From: Nemertoderma westbladi
Lineage: Eukaryota > Animalia > Xenacoelomorpha
Length of the DNA: 64,000 nt
Direction of reading: 5' to 3'
NCBI GenBank assembly: GCA_032718475.1
Contig: JAUCBJ010008054.1
Location: 1-64,000, forward strand
Within the stretch, counting starts at the first letter, position 1. Each line of letters opens with the position of its first letter. A program made the position numbers and the translations under genes. This document shows positions 25,778 through 38,097 of the stretch, piece after piece. The notes beneath the pieces are model-generated. The model saw only the letters and a list, made by a program, of their open reading frames with translations, did not search any database and was not told where the DNA came from.

Positions 25778-26320
25778 TGTAACAGCGGATTCTGTCCCCC
25801 CGCGGATATGGTCCGGGGGGACCGAATCCGCTAGCGGATTGAGTCCGGGGGGACCGAATCCGCTAGCGGATTCTGTCCCCCCTCCGCAGATTGAGTCCCC
25901 CCCCCCCCTTAAATTATAATTTTACAGTACAGTCAGACAGTGCTGAGTGCAGCAGTACTGGTACTGACATAGCAGCGTAGCTTATGCATTAAATTATAGA
26001 CTGATTAAAACTGCAGTAGCTACCACTACTGCTACTGATATAGTCGCATCAGTACAGTAGGCTATTATGGCCAACTTCGATGAGACGCAGCTTTATCAAG
26101 CCGTCTATAAGTATATTTCGGGAGATGACACATATCCAGTCAATTCAACAAAGTTGCAGAAGAAAACTATACTCAGGAAAGCGTCTAATTTCAACATTAT
26201 AGATTCATTATGGATGAGCGATGATTACATGATGAGGAGGAAGATATTGTAATTAAACAAAGAACATCAAAACAGTTAAACAGTAAAACATTTACATGAC
26301 CAGTTACAATAGACAAGTAA
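25778..26320 (+). mobile_element. Ginger-like (Gypsy-integrase-type) DNA transposon 5' fragment
   Basis: TGTAAC terminus with GC-rich subterminal repeats (AGCGGATT..GTCC); ORF 26067 AVYKYISGDDTYPVNSTKLQKKTILRKASNF resembles the GIN/Ginger integrase N-terminus; truncated. Confidence 0.5.
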
Positions 26321-26328
26321 CATAAAGT

Positions 26329-28068
26329 TTAGTTTATATCTACAGCATCTAGCTTTATCTTTTTCTGTTCTATTGGAGGATAGTGAGCTAATTTTCGTTT
26401 TACAATTTCCATCGAATATCTTTTAGAGACGTTGGGGGAATCATTAGGGTGAAATAGATTGAGGTGGATCTGCTTGGGGAGGAAAACTGCATCTTTTAGT
26501 GTGCGTTTGAGAAAGTTGATGCAACACTCAACAGCATAGTTTGAAGGTAGGGTTAATTTGTTTGTTGTCTTCAGGTTGACAATAATTGTTTCTGATGGTG
26601 TATGTTGAATGTGTATAAGGGGGGTGAGATAGTAATGGGAGGAAGTGGATTGTTGAATGAGATGAAAGTTGGAGAAATCACTCGCTTTTATATTTAAACC
26701 ATCGGTAAACTGAAACGTAGTTGATTTATAATCTTTTTTGATGACAGGCCATATGCCAACATAGGCTTCACCTTTGAATGAATAAATGAAAGCCGCTACT
26801 GATTCGTATAAATTAAGACGCTGGTGATTAGGTAGTTGTAGTTGCTTTGGTTCATAATCACTATTGTTAGCCAATGACTTTAGTTCAGAGAGTGCTTCTC
26901 GGGCGCGATCTGTATTGTCAATAGAGAACATGTAGTCATAGCGTCTGTCAGAAATTTCAAGGGTTTCGCAGCTGTAAGCGGTATAAATTTTTATTCGATC
27001 TGAAATTAATTATTCGTGGTTGACTTCATCGTAGCATTCGTATCCTTCGACTGCGGAATCGAACCATGAAATTTTAAGAAGTTCATTTCTCGTGAGTAAA
27101 AGTGCATCTCTTGTGGAAACAATAACTTTGTTTGAATCAACCTCAACTCCGCTCGCGATTGCAATGTTTCTTTTATTATTAATATTTGTGATATAACCAA
27201 AAGTAGAACTATCGAAAGAAACATAGTTCTCTGGCTCTAAGACAATGTGCGAGATTGGATTGATGTAAGGATGACAAATGTTTATATAATGTTGTAGTAA
27301 AGCAGCCGCGGTGTCTGAGATGGTTAACCAAACCCCATCTACTGTATCTTCTAGTTGTATTAAATCAATAGGTTTTAGTGGGGATGTTTTCGAATAACGA
27401 ACAACTTTAAAATTAAAACCAAAATAATGTGCTTTGCTGTTGTTGTAGAAACAGGTTATTTCATTCAATTGTTCAATAAAAGTTAGTACGTCATATCCAA
27501 ACAGTTTGAAGAAACGAGATTCATCTTTGAGGGGATGAATCGAGGCGTTCCAAATAATTAAAAGAATTGAGTTTGAAATATTATGAAAATCAAACAGACA
27601 CTCACCAACAAAAAAGGAAGCTTTGAGTGTTGACATACCAAGGAGCTTGTTTGCAGATTCTTGTGTTACATTGCTGTGGATATATTCAACAACTGGTTGA
27701 GGTATTACAAATGTTTCTAATGAGGTTGTCAGATTGAACGTTATATTCGATTCTGATTTGTGCAGTTTGAAACCATGGTTTGCGGAATGAAATTTATCAT
27801 TATTTAGAGTTTGATATTGACCATCCTTCAACTCAAAGCAGGATCGTAGAATGAAATGTGCATAATTTGCTGGAATGAGTTGGGGTTGGTTAGATGAAGT
27901 GGTAACCATCATTGGAAAGCGTTTGTTCGAAGGATCAAAATATAAACCGAAAGAGTTGTCTGAGAGAGATATTTGATTTTCGTTGGAAACAATTTTTACT
28001 TGATTTTCGTTGGAAACAATTTTTACTTGAGGGAAGTTGAACTTTTGAAGGAGTTGAGCTTGAGCCAT
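26329..28068 (-). pseudogene. Orphan ~579-codon reading frame with one internal TAA; contains a PC4-like motif
   Basis: ORFs 27010-28068 and 26329-26931 are in the same frame; the 26 codons between them are open (LISDRIKIYTAYSCETLEISDRRYDY). FIYSFKGEAYVGIW...DGLNIKASDFSNF resembles the PC4/Sub1 core; C-terminal KKIKL is NLS-like. Confidence 0.55.
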
Positions 28069-28174
28069 CTTGAAGAAAATATAATATTATGAATAACAAT
28101 AAATGTATTATAACTTTAAATAAAAAGTAAAATGGTCGATAATATTTTTGTAAGTGAAGTTCAAAGCGATGGAT

Positions 28175-28305
28175 GGGGGTTTATAAGGGAAAGGGTAACC
28201 AATGAAAATAAAAGTGAAGCTTGTGGGAACCAATAGAAATAAAAAGAGAGAGAGAGAGATGCGCTATTGGGTTGAGGGAATAATAAACACATTTCATTGG
28301 GTTAA
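28175..28305 (-). promoter_or_regulatory. Putative Pol II promoter (TATA box plus multiple CCAAT boxes) of the 28068 ORF
   Basis: TATAAA on the minus strand at ~28179-28184, about 110 bp upstream of the ATG; CCAAT/ATTGG at ~28199, 28230, 28266 and 28296. Confidence 0.5.
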
Positions 28306-29118
28306 TTAAATGTAAAACATTAGTTAGGATGGGAAATGGGATGATTTGAGAAGCGGGGGGTACGCTGGAGAAAAGTGTGTGTGTAATGAATGGGTTGCTG
28401 CGTCAGAGTGGGTATGTTAATTAATGTTACAGTAGAGCATCTCTGAAATTACTTCAAACAAAAAAAAACTACAGTATCTACTATAGTATAGATATGGATG
28501 GGGGTTAATTTGACACGTGGTGTTTGGGTAGTGGCTTTGTCGTTGAGCTAATACATGCGTGGGGTGGTTCATAAAGTACAATGCGAAAGAATGCAATCTA
28601 TTGCAAGAGCAGATGTTTATTATAATTTTCTTAGTCGAATTGACATAGGAGGTTTGAATAATTTAAACTCTGTAGCAGGCCTCATCCACATGTTGACAAG
28701 CAGCATAACTCAATAAAGGATTTGATGGTGGGATTAGTCATACTACATCTAATAAGAGCCCAAGCGGCCGTAGATTATTGAGGGACTGAACCAGGGCCAA
28801 ACTGGTCCATTTTATTATCGAGTGAGGCTAATTTATGTTTTGGGCCCCGTTCTCATCTTTATATTTCATTCTACGTTTACCTTCTACTGTATGACAAAAA
28901 TAATACAAATGTACTGTATATTGTATTGTACGGTTCCTATTGTATTGTACATTTCATTTGCTGTAGTACAATTTATTCATCGCGCGTCCCTATCTGATTG
29001 ATTTGTATCAAATTAAATTGCCTTTGGCAACATTATTTGATACAAATCGATTGATTAAACAATTAATTAATTGTTTAATCGACCAATTAATTAATTGTTT
29101 AATTAATTAATGACCTAC

Positions 29119-29815
29119 TTAACACCCAAGGTGTGAAGTGGGTCCAACTGTCGCCGAGGTGGGCAAACTATTACTACTAATATAATCTTGATTTGGCGAT
29201 TTCTTATTCATCAAGATTCGTATACAATTGAAAGTTTCCTCCATGATTCCAACAAATGAAAAGTTACCAAGATCGAATACCCTAGAAATAAGCGTGGTTA
29301 TTTGCGTTTTCAGCCAAATCTTATATTTATTCTTATTATCAATAGTTATTTGAGTTGCTAATGATGGCTCATCTTGACCTTGAACACCATGTATGGCGCC
29401 TGCACCAAAGTAACGTAATGGGAATTGTATACGTCTTCCCATTATCGCATTCCTGCCATAACCAACAACTGTAGGAGGGGGCTGTTTATGTTGGGATAAT
29501 TTAACTGATGGCCATGTAATTGCACTTTCAGGGTTTATCCGAAGGCATCCTTTAGGGACAACAGCTGCTTCCAGTGTATCATCACAATCAGCTAGCACTT
29601 TCGTAAGAATACACAATTGACCAATAGAAAATTTAGGTTGCACAGATTGTCTATTATATGTGAAACGGAGGATCTGGTTTAGGAACAGAATCAATTCCTG
29701 TGGTTCACGACACGATCTGGTTATAGAATTGATAATACTAGTTGAATCAGTATCCCTCCAAGAACTATCGTCTCCAGGATTTCCACTACTTACTTGATCA
29801 TGGCTAGTGATAGCA
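29119..29815 (-). pseudogene. Pif1-family (SF1B) helicase C-terminal fragment, Helitron-like
   Basis: RRIQFPLRYFGAGAIHGVQGQD matches the Pif1 motif RxQFPL...TIHKxQGxT; QITTLISRV matches QxYVALSRV. The frame stays open upstream of the annotated start. Confidence 0.7.
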
Positions 29816-29869
29816 ATTGTCCCAACTTCACTCCGGTGATGTAAAAGATAATTTTGTAATACCTCCTGT

Positions 29870-30890
29870 TCACCAGCCTGAGTTCCTACAACCTTTAGTA
29901 CATCATTTGGAACATCATCAGAACTATCAAGAAAATTTCAGCGCCTCTTTAAGATCGCAATCAATTGATCAATCAAATAACCAAATATATAGCAAATAAA
30001 TACCAAGATCAACAACAAACAGCGAAAGCATATAAATCAGTTCCTACAAATGTCTGCTTGTGTTTTCAATGCTGAAAAACGAACAAGAGAATTTGTAGAT
30101 CAAGCCCCAATTTGTGTTTATTGCAAAACTGTCAATCATAAATCAGATGATTGTGATGTGGTCCCTGGCATTTCTAAAAGAAAAGAATTGCTCGTAAAAT
30201 AAGGCCGCTGCTATAATTGTATCAAACTAAAACATACCAAGGCTTTTTGTAAAAGCCGTGGTCAATGTAAACATTGTAAAGGTAGACATCATAGTTCGAT
30301 TTGCGAAAATTCTAATAGAATCTCAAACGCAACAACTTCTGTATCAAATTCCAATAACGATAATTTATGTCTTTCCAGTAATATTTCTAGTGAAGTTTCA
30401 CAGGCTGAAGCTATGGAAAACGTCATCACCCACACATCTATAAAGGGAGGACCTCGAGCAGGGATACTACTGTGAACAGCTCGAGTTGATTGTATTAATC
30501 CAAAAACTGGAATGACAATGCTGGTTCGGGTATTCTTTGATCCAGGAAGTCATCAATCTTACATAGTAGAGAGGGTTCACTGTGAGTTGGAACTACAAAG
30601 CATTGATAAGGTTAATATTAATATTAATACATTTATGTCGGAACAATTTGAGCATAAACAACTAAACCTTGTGGAATGCATTTTAAAGAAAGAAAATTTT
30701 GAGATTTCAATAAATGTCTTGCGCGTCCCAATAATTTGCTCCACTTTAACTCAAGGCAATGCCAACTTAATCTGTCCATATTATTCACATCTTGCCAGTT
30801 TAGACTTAGCCGACAGTGGAGATTTACCAATTGGTGATAACATCGATATTTTAATAGGAATGGACTATTACTGGGATATTGTGGGATATT
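29870..30890 (+). pseudogene. Bel/Pao gag zinc knuckles and aspartic protease fragment
   Basis: CVYCKTVNHKSDDC, CYNCIKLKHTKAFC, CKHCKGRHHSSIC; VRVFFDPGSHQSYI; IDILIGMDYYW; internal stops. Confidence 0.9.
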
Positions 30891-33257
30891 GTATCAGAAC
30901 ATATGAAATTAAGATTATTTTTCAAAAATTCTTTTACTATAAATAATTACTTTAATTTTTATCTATTTTTCGCCCCACCCCAATGGGTATATAATGGCTA
31001 TAAGTTTGGTACAATTTCAAAGCATTTTATACTTGGGTTGTTTGGCGTGGACGTGGTGTGGTGTTCTAGAATATCGAAAAAAAAATGAAGAGAGCTGCTG
31101 AGCTAGATTTAAGAAGACGGTTGAACCGAGCCCGAATTTCACGTCAGGCAAAAGAGACTTACCGCTGCGCCGGTACTTCACTTTCCGTTCACTAGTAGCC
31201 AAGGTATTGTATATGGCCTAAGAAATTCTGAAAAAAAAAGAAAGAAAGAGAATCTCTAAGAAAGAGATTCTGCCTAAGAAATTCAAGGATACAGTAATAA
31301 TGCTGTAGCAATAGTACTTTCAAATATTGTTTTGCTGCTTGCTTGTTTTTATTAGAAATTATACAGATAATACAAACAAAACAAACACAAACTAAACTTG
31401 CTCAGCTATTAGCACGCGCTCTCGTTCCATTTTCATTATAAAATAGGTTACATGTTATTTTTATTAATTATATTATATATTTTATTAATTGGGACCCAGA
31501 GTCAATGGCAGTCAACCATTATCTCAGGTGGACACATCATAGCAGTTGCCACTTCTTCCCATGGTTTAAATTAAATAACCTCCCTATCTATATTTATCTA
31601 TTTCAACTTCGGGTGCAGGATTCCTAGACTTACTTAAAAACGTTATGCAAAACTTACTGCTAATTTTACGATATATTGTTTCTTCCAACACATCTATCTA
31701 CCTTTAAGAAGAATACATGTTGAAGTATGAAGTATTATTATCTGCGTTGAGGAGATTGATTCACTGCATCTTGCTGTACTGGTTTCTTATTCTAAGGGTG
31801 CATATGGTATTTCTGTTCAAATATAAGCTAGGTCATTGGGGTATGAGTATTGGCCTCCCCTGAAGCCAAATTATCACTTGATACTGTTGTATCTGTATCC
31901 ATCAGCAGCATCAGCAATGGTAGTAACTGCACCCATGCTGTGATTTATTTATTAAATTTATAACTATTGGATCATGTTCTTCTACAGCAGTGCCTTTTGT
32001 ATCAGAAAGTTTTGCTTTCTTTGTGTCATTCATGATCATGTAGTCTTACAATTATATAATACTTAGCCGACTTGCCAGAAGGTAACTTTGTTTTTGCACT
32101 GGTAACTCGCAAACAATTCCAAACAAAGATAAGAAAAATTAAATTTAAGAAAAGTCCGCGGACGACCGGCTAATTGGAGGGCTGAAGGTTAAAAAACACT
32201 CTATTAATGTTACCGAACTGAACTTTTTTAAATAAATATTATTTGTGAATATTTTAGAAACTAAAGGTGTCTGTCTCCAATTTTTGAAAATAATTTTGTG
32301 TCATTGATTTTATAATCTTGAGAACCCGAGATTCAAATGAAATGTGTCCATCTTGTAAGGCTTAAAAATTTCAGGGGTAATATAAACATTAATAACTTAG
32401 AAGCAAATTACATAATAATAATTGTACACATGTACAGTAGTACAGTACAGTCAGTAGAGTAGAGACAGTGTGCACAGAAATGTAATCACATAACTTAGTC
32501 AATATATGGTAATAGTTCAATAACTACGAAATACAACAGTACCGTTAGTGGACAGGAAAAGATAAAACGTTTCAAAAGGTGGAGTTTTACACAGGTTAAA
32601 AGGCAATAAGTTTACTGTTTTGGGTAGAAAGAATGCATTACATTGATAGAAATATTAGTTTATAATACTGTAAGCACATACCGGTAGACCTATTAAATTA
32701 TATTGATAAACAAGTACGGTACTAAGCCTACTTCAATGTACACATAATAGCATAATACTGCTGTAGGCCGGCCAACTGTAATAACAAAATACACATAACT
32801 GCATAAGATATTATTATACGTAATATTTGATTTAATGATAACAGGATAATAGGATATAAGAAGCTATTGCTTATAAAACCCGTACACTCTAGCCTATAAA
32901 TAAAATTAACTAACAGTAGACTATAAAATTAACTAACAGTAGGCTATAAAACTAACAAACAGTAGGCTAAGATTACTGCATTATATACTGTTATAATATG
33001 TAAACTGCCGAACTGGATATGTACGAAATGATACTGGAAAACTGCTGTTCTGCAGTACTGTGTGTGTACCGTACCGCAGTACCATACCGCATTACCATAC
33101 GTATATATTCTACTTTTATTAAGTAACAGTACCGGCGTCGTAATATAATAATATCTGTAGGCCTAGGTTTACTTATAAAAATACGTCGTAATATAATAAT
33201 ATCTGTAGGCCTAGGTTTACTTATAAAAATAACAGTTAATGAGCCTGTACATCTGGA

Positions 33258-34594
33258 TTATTCTGGATCTGGTGACGAATCAACGGCAGCTTCGGGATCA
33301 GCATATAGCGGTACATCTAGCGGCGCATCAGCAGCTTCGGGATCAGCTTGTAACGGTACCACTGGTGGCGCATCGGGATCAGCTTGTAATGGTAACTCTA
33401 GCGGCGCATCAGCAGCTTCGGGATCAGCCTGTAGCGGTACCTCTGGTGGCGCATCACCAGCATCGGGACCCAAAACATCAGGAACTGGGGCGACCTGAAT
33501 TATCGGGACCAGTCGAGGTTGTAGAACATGAACCACAGGAACGAGAGGGGCGGCACGGCGATATTTCATGTTCTCAACATTAACGGGGTTGGATGGCTTC
33601 AACGTTGATATGTGAAGCTCATTCACAGCGCTGGTAGTAGCGTCCTCCTTCGATACTGCGCACTTGTACCAGCCCGTGACTGTCCAACCACTGCCATTAT
33701 TCACAGCTGCAGCAATGCCGCGGATGGATTGCCTTAACCCATCTTCGTCAATGAGGGAGGGTGGCAGATTCAGCGACTGAGATGAAACAAATAATTTAGT
33801 AAGACTCCAACTTACGTAAGCCATTCCAAAATCTATGATGTCGTTGTTAAAGCACCGCACTCGCAACGACAACGCCCATCCGCCAACTTACGTAAGCCAT
33901 TCCAAAATCTATGATGTTGTTGTTAAAGCACAGGCAATCGCAATGACAACGCCCATCCGCGTTCCTGTGGTTTTGTCACGCAAACACATTGACTGACGGG
34001 TCCCAGCTCCTCCCGCCTGTCACAGAGCCAACCGCCACACGTTGGCGACACCACGCGGCCGCAGTCCAACCTTAGATTCAAATTCCTCAAAAGGAATTGC
34101 TGAAATCCAACCTTCCCTTCCAAGGATAAGTGGAAGGGAGGAAGGAATAGCAGCCGCGGGTGTGGCGGGGAGGAGCGGGTAGAAGGTAACTACCACAGGG
34201 TTATCCATGTCGTTACCAAGGAACCTGGTTCCTTTATTGCAACGACTGAGCCGATTGTAAATTCTTTATACTTCAGAACTTTAGCTGATTCCCGCGAATT
34301 AGCCGATTCCCGCGAATTATCCGTAAACATAAAAAAGCACCTCGACTCAGCCAAATCTCCCATAACAAACATTCTATCATAAATGGGTTCCTTTATGGTC
34401 CTCTTTGTCCCGGAAATCTCGGGTTCCTTTATGGCCCTCTTCGTCCCGGAAATCTTAACAGTTTTGTATTTGTCTATTGCTGCTGACGGCCTGGTTAGAA
34501 TTGTAGCGAATAGTCTATTCCCTTCAGGAGAGAACTCAATATCGTTAGAATTCTCTTGCAACTGGGCTAGGGTTATAACTTCGATTTGCGCCAT
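33258..34594 (-). pseudogene. Frameshifted orphan gene: OB-fold-like N-terminus, Cys-rich motif, acidic repeat tail
   Basis: Overlapping pieces 34190-34594, 34020-34208, 33923-34123 and 33258-33872 read as one gene; DL..RCFFMF...FTIGSVVAIKEP (OB-fold-like), CGGWLCDRR...QCVC, GWTVTGWYK, ADPEAADAP repeats; internal tandem duplications. Confidence 0.5.
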
Positions 34595-35106
34595 ATAAAA
34601 ATATTATTATTAAAATATATAATCTATACACAACACCACCAGCGTAGTAAATTGTTGTGTGATTTTAAAAATATACAAAAAAAATATTAATAAAAGAAAT
34701 TATTAGTATTCAGAGTTATTTTATTAATTATTTGCTGAAGACAGTTCGGCAAGAGGTGGGACAGCGGGACATTTGAGAGAGTGTTACCTTGTTAAAAATT
34801 ATTTACATACCGGTACATTTAATGTTTTCATACAATGTATTTCAAATAGGTGAGGAGTTGAGGAAGTTCGACATTTCCTCTAGGCCCGGCTCTGCACCTT
34901 TCTTCTCCCGGGTGGAGAAGGCGATCTTCCTCAATTACAATTACACAAAGTGTATACTGTAGCATGAGATAAGTTTGCTCTCAGTGCATTTGATGATAAA
35001 CTTTATTGGGTTAATAAAAATCATTCGCTTCCCTGGGGTCACTATCAAACAAAGGTTGAAAAACCGATAAAAAAAAACAATATACCTATTTATCGGGAGC
35101 CAAACA

Positions 35107-35661
35107 ATGAACTATCAGATAGTCAATAAGAATGTAAGTTGCCAGCAAGTGTCAGTGATTAATTTGAAAGAATTAAAAAATCAATTATCTGGTAAACACA
35201 TACTCAAACCAAATCAGTTTATATATAAGATATTTGGTGCCACATTATTAATATTTAAAAATGGTCGTATTACATTATTAGGTAATAAGTATAATTTCCA
35301 AAAAGTAAAAAAGCATATATTTGATAAAACTAGTATTAATTTGATTTTAAAATCTGTTAATTTATGTACTTATATTTTTAGTATTAAGTCTGTAGTCTAT
35401 AGGTTATTGATAAACAATACCGGGTTTTATGTTGTCTTTGATAATGTGCAACTTCAAGTTATATATGAACCTGAAATTTTTAATAATTGCAAAATAAGAA
35501 TAAATAATACCGTAGTCATTTGCTGCTTTCATACAGGTAAATGTACTTTAATGTGTTCACCTAGCAAATTTCACATTTATTACCCTATATTTAGTAAACT
35601 TGTTAATTATTTATTAATGTTTGGTGTTGTGACTTTAGGTGTAGAATATATTGGTGATTAG
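35107..35661 (+). CDS. TATA-binding-protein (TBP)-like protein, intronless, 184 aa, probably viral/Polinton-derived
   Basis: Two TBP-core repeats: YQIVN...INLKEL...GATLLIFKNGRITLLG and VIYEPEIFN...VICCFHTGKCTL (cf. YEPExFPG and LLIFxSGKxVxTG). AT-rich, no N-terminal extension. Confidence 0.7.
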   Translation: MNYQIVNKNVSCQQVSVINLKELKNQLSGKHILKPNQFIYKIFGATLLIFKNGRITLLGNKYNFQKVKKHIFDKTSINLILKSVNLCTYIFSIKSVVYRLLINNTGFYVVFDNVQLQVIYEPEIFNNCKIRINNTVVICCFHTGKCTLMCSPSKFHIYYPIFSKLVNYLLMFGVVTLGVEYIGD

Positions 35662-38097
35662 AAGGTGAAAATTAAACATTATTATTTTTCAATCAATCTA
35701 TCGGTAGTTAGGGAAAACTAACCTCGTTTGAATAAGTATGACTCTCACTGGCTGACTGCGTGCCTAGCCGGCAGTAGCTGCGTGGCTGGCTGGCTGACTG
35801 GTTGGCTGATTGGCTGGCTGCGAGGCTGACTGCGTGCCGCGAGGCTGACTGCGTGCCGCGAGGCTGACTGCGTGACTAGCTGCGAGGGTGGCTGGGTGGC
35901 TGCGAGGTGGACCGCATCCTAGCAACATGGGTGACTGCGCGCACATCCGATTGTAACTGGCTCACGATATTGTATACAATGGTTTAGTTTGTTACTGCGG
36001 GTGCTGTTACATTAATACTGTGGTACCGGTACTGCGGTACAATGCTAATAAAAGGAAATCAACATGTTGTATCTGACTATACTATTACAACAACAACAAC
36101 GACAGTATCTGATTGTAACTTGCTCACGATATTGTATACAATGGCTTAGTTTGTTACTACAGGTACTGTTACCCCTGCTAACCAGACACGCTACACGCTA
36201 TTATACCAAACGTTTGTTTATATGCTTGAATCATGTTGACATGTTTTTTTTCTAAACTTGTTTTAATCAACATGTTATTTTAACATCTAAATAACATAAT
36301 ATCCAATCATGTTATAATCAAACATTTGTTGATCACGTTTTTATGATACCTAAATGTAACATGTTTTATCATGTAATTATTTAACATTTGTTTTACACGT
36401 TATTGTGTAACATAAATCATACATGTTTATTCCAGCTGTTTGTTAAATGCTACTTTGTCGTGTTGAACAAACATCCTGCACATCATTGCCAATATGTCTT
36501 AAGGCTGTTTGAATAAACCGCCTAAAATTTACCGCCAAATTCGTTTATAGGCCTATAAATCATGCAGCAGTGCATGCAGTACTGCAGTACATCAGTCAGT
36601 CAGTAGACACTCCACTGCCTGCCCCAGCCTACCAGCACCCACTCAGCCACATTCTGAGAGCTTGACAGTAGTGCTGCAGGTAGGCAGTGTGTAGGCCAGC
36701 TGTTTACTGGTTTAAGTGCTGCAATAGGGTTGACCATACTCTGACAGTCTGATACTGCCATATGTTTGTTTACTGCCGTATGCCTATATTAACTGTTTAA
36801 GTTATTTTTAATTAAGCTTCATACTGCCTGACTGTCATATAAACTGATAAATCTTTTTATATTATACATTCAGACATTATATGTTATATAGGCCTACATA
36901 ACATATATAATACATAATACTGTAATATATGTCATATACATTATATATTATTTATGTACATTATATAGGCCTAGCAGCCTAGCCTAATTGTATTGTAATA
37001 CCAGAATACAGTAATATGTCTGTATGTAATGCAGTCAGGCAGTGCAGTGCCAGTAATTCGATGACGACGACAGTTTAGATTGGGCTCTGTCTTCCTGGCG
37101 CTGGTTGGTCGAAACAACAGGCAAGCGGCAAGGGCTGCACTGGCAGACTGGCTGACTGGAAAAATATTATGGCCTCCTCGAAATGCCGGCCTACTACCGG
37201 TACAGTGGTACGTTGGAAAGAATTTTCGAATCCAGATCTTCTGTCAACTCCACATTTAATGCGAAGGTTCTTCACTTAACAGGTTTGTATTGAACTTGAA
37301 TAGGCTTCTTACACATCGTTATTTCAGTGATTCAAGTGATTAAAATCCTAATCCTGTAATCTATTTGGATCAAATAGAGGGAAAAAGTGCCGGCGGTCGG
37401 AAGTAAATTACACATGCCAGCATGCGGTCCCAGGCAGCCAGCTAAAGATACGCATCAGATTCTGGCGATGAGGTTATTATTTTACTTACTACTACTGTAC
37501 TAGGCATTGCTGTTAGGTTAGGCCAACTTGGTACTTTGGGCCGTTTATAAATCGTCAGATCGTGCATATGCTTAAACTGTAATTTAAAATAAAACATGCC
37601 TTACTCTGGCTATCTATGGTAGGTAAGTAAATGTTTGCTTTATTTTTTACTCATTTCCTCTTTATAAACCAGTCCCCAGTGCAGTGGTAATGTGAAACAG
37701 TCTGTGATGGGTTGTGGTGACTTGTGCACGTTGATCTAATTGCTCCAATGCTATATGTATATATATTATTATCATTTTAGGTGGAATATATGAGCGACAA
37801 TGAATCCAATCATGTTTCCAATACGATACTCACACTGATTACCCAGACAACTAACAATACGTTGATCATTGATACTCAGAGGTGAGTTGTGATACCGCCT
37901 CTCCCTCTATCTACAACCTAACCCTATTCTAAGACAACACTAAACTCTAGACTTACCTAACCAAACCCTTTCACCAAGCTACCACTATATATCCCATGGC
38001 GATATTTTCTCGAAATATTTTCCAGTCTCGATGTTTTATATATCGAGACGCTTTTTTATACTTTTGGAAGCAGAGACAGAAGTTGGGCGAGACAGAA

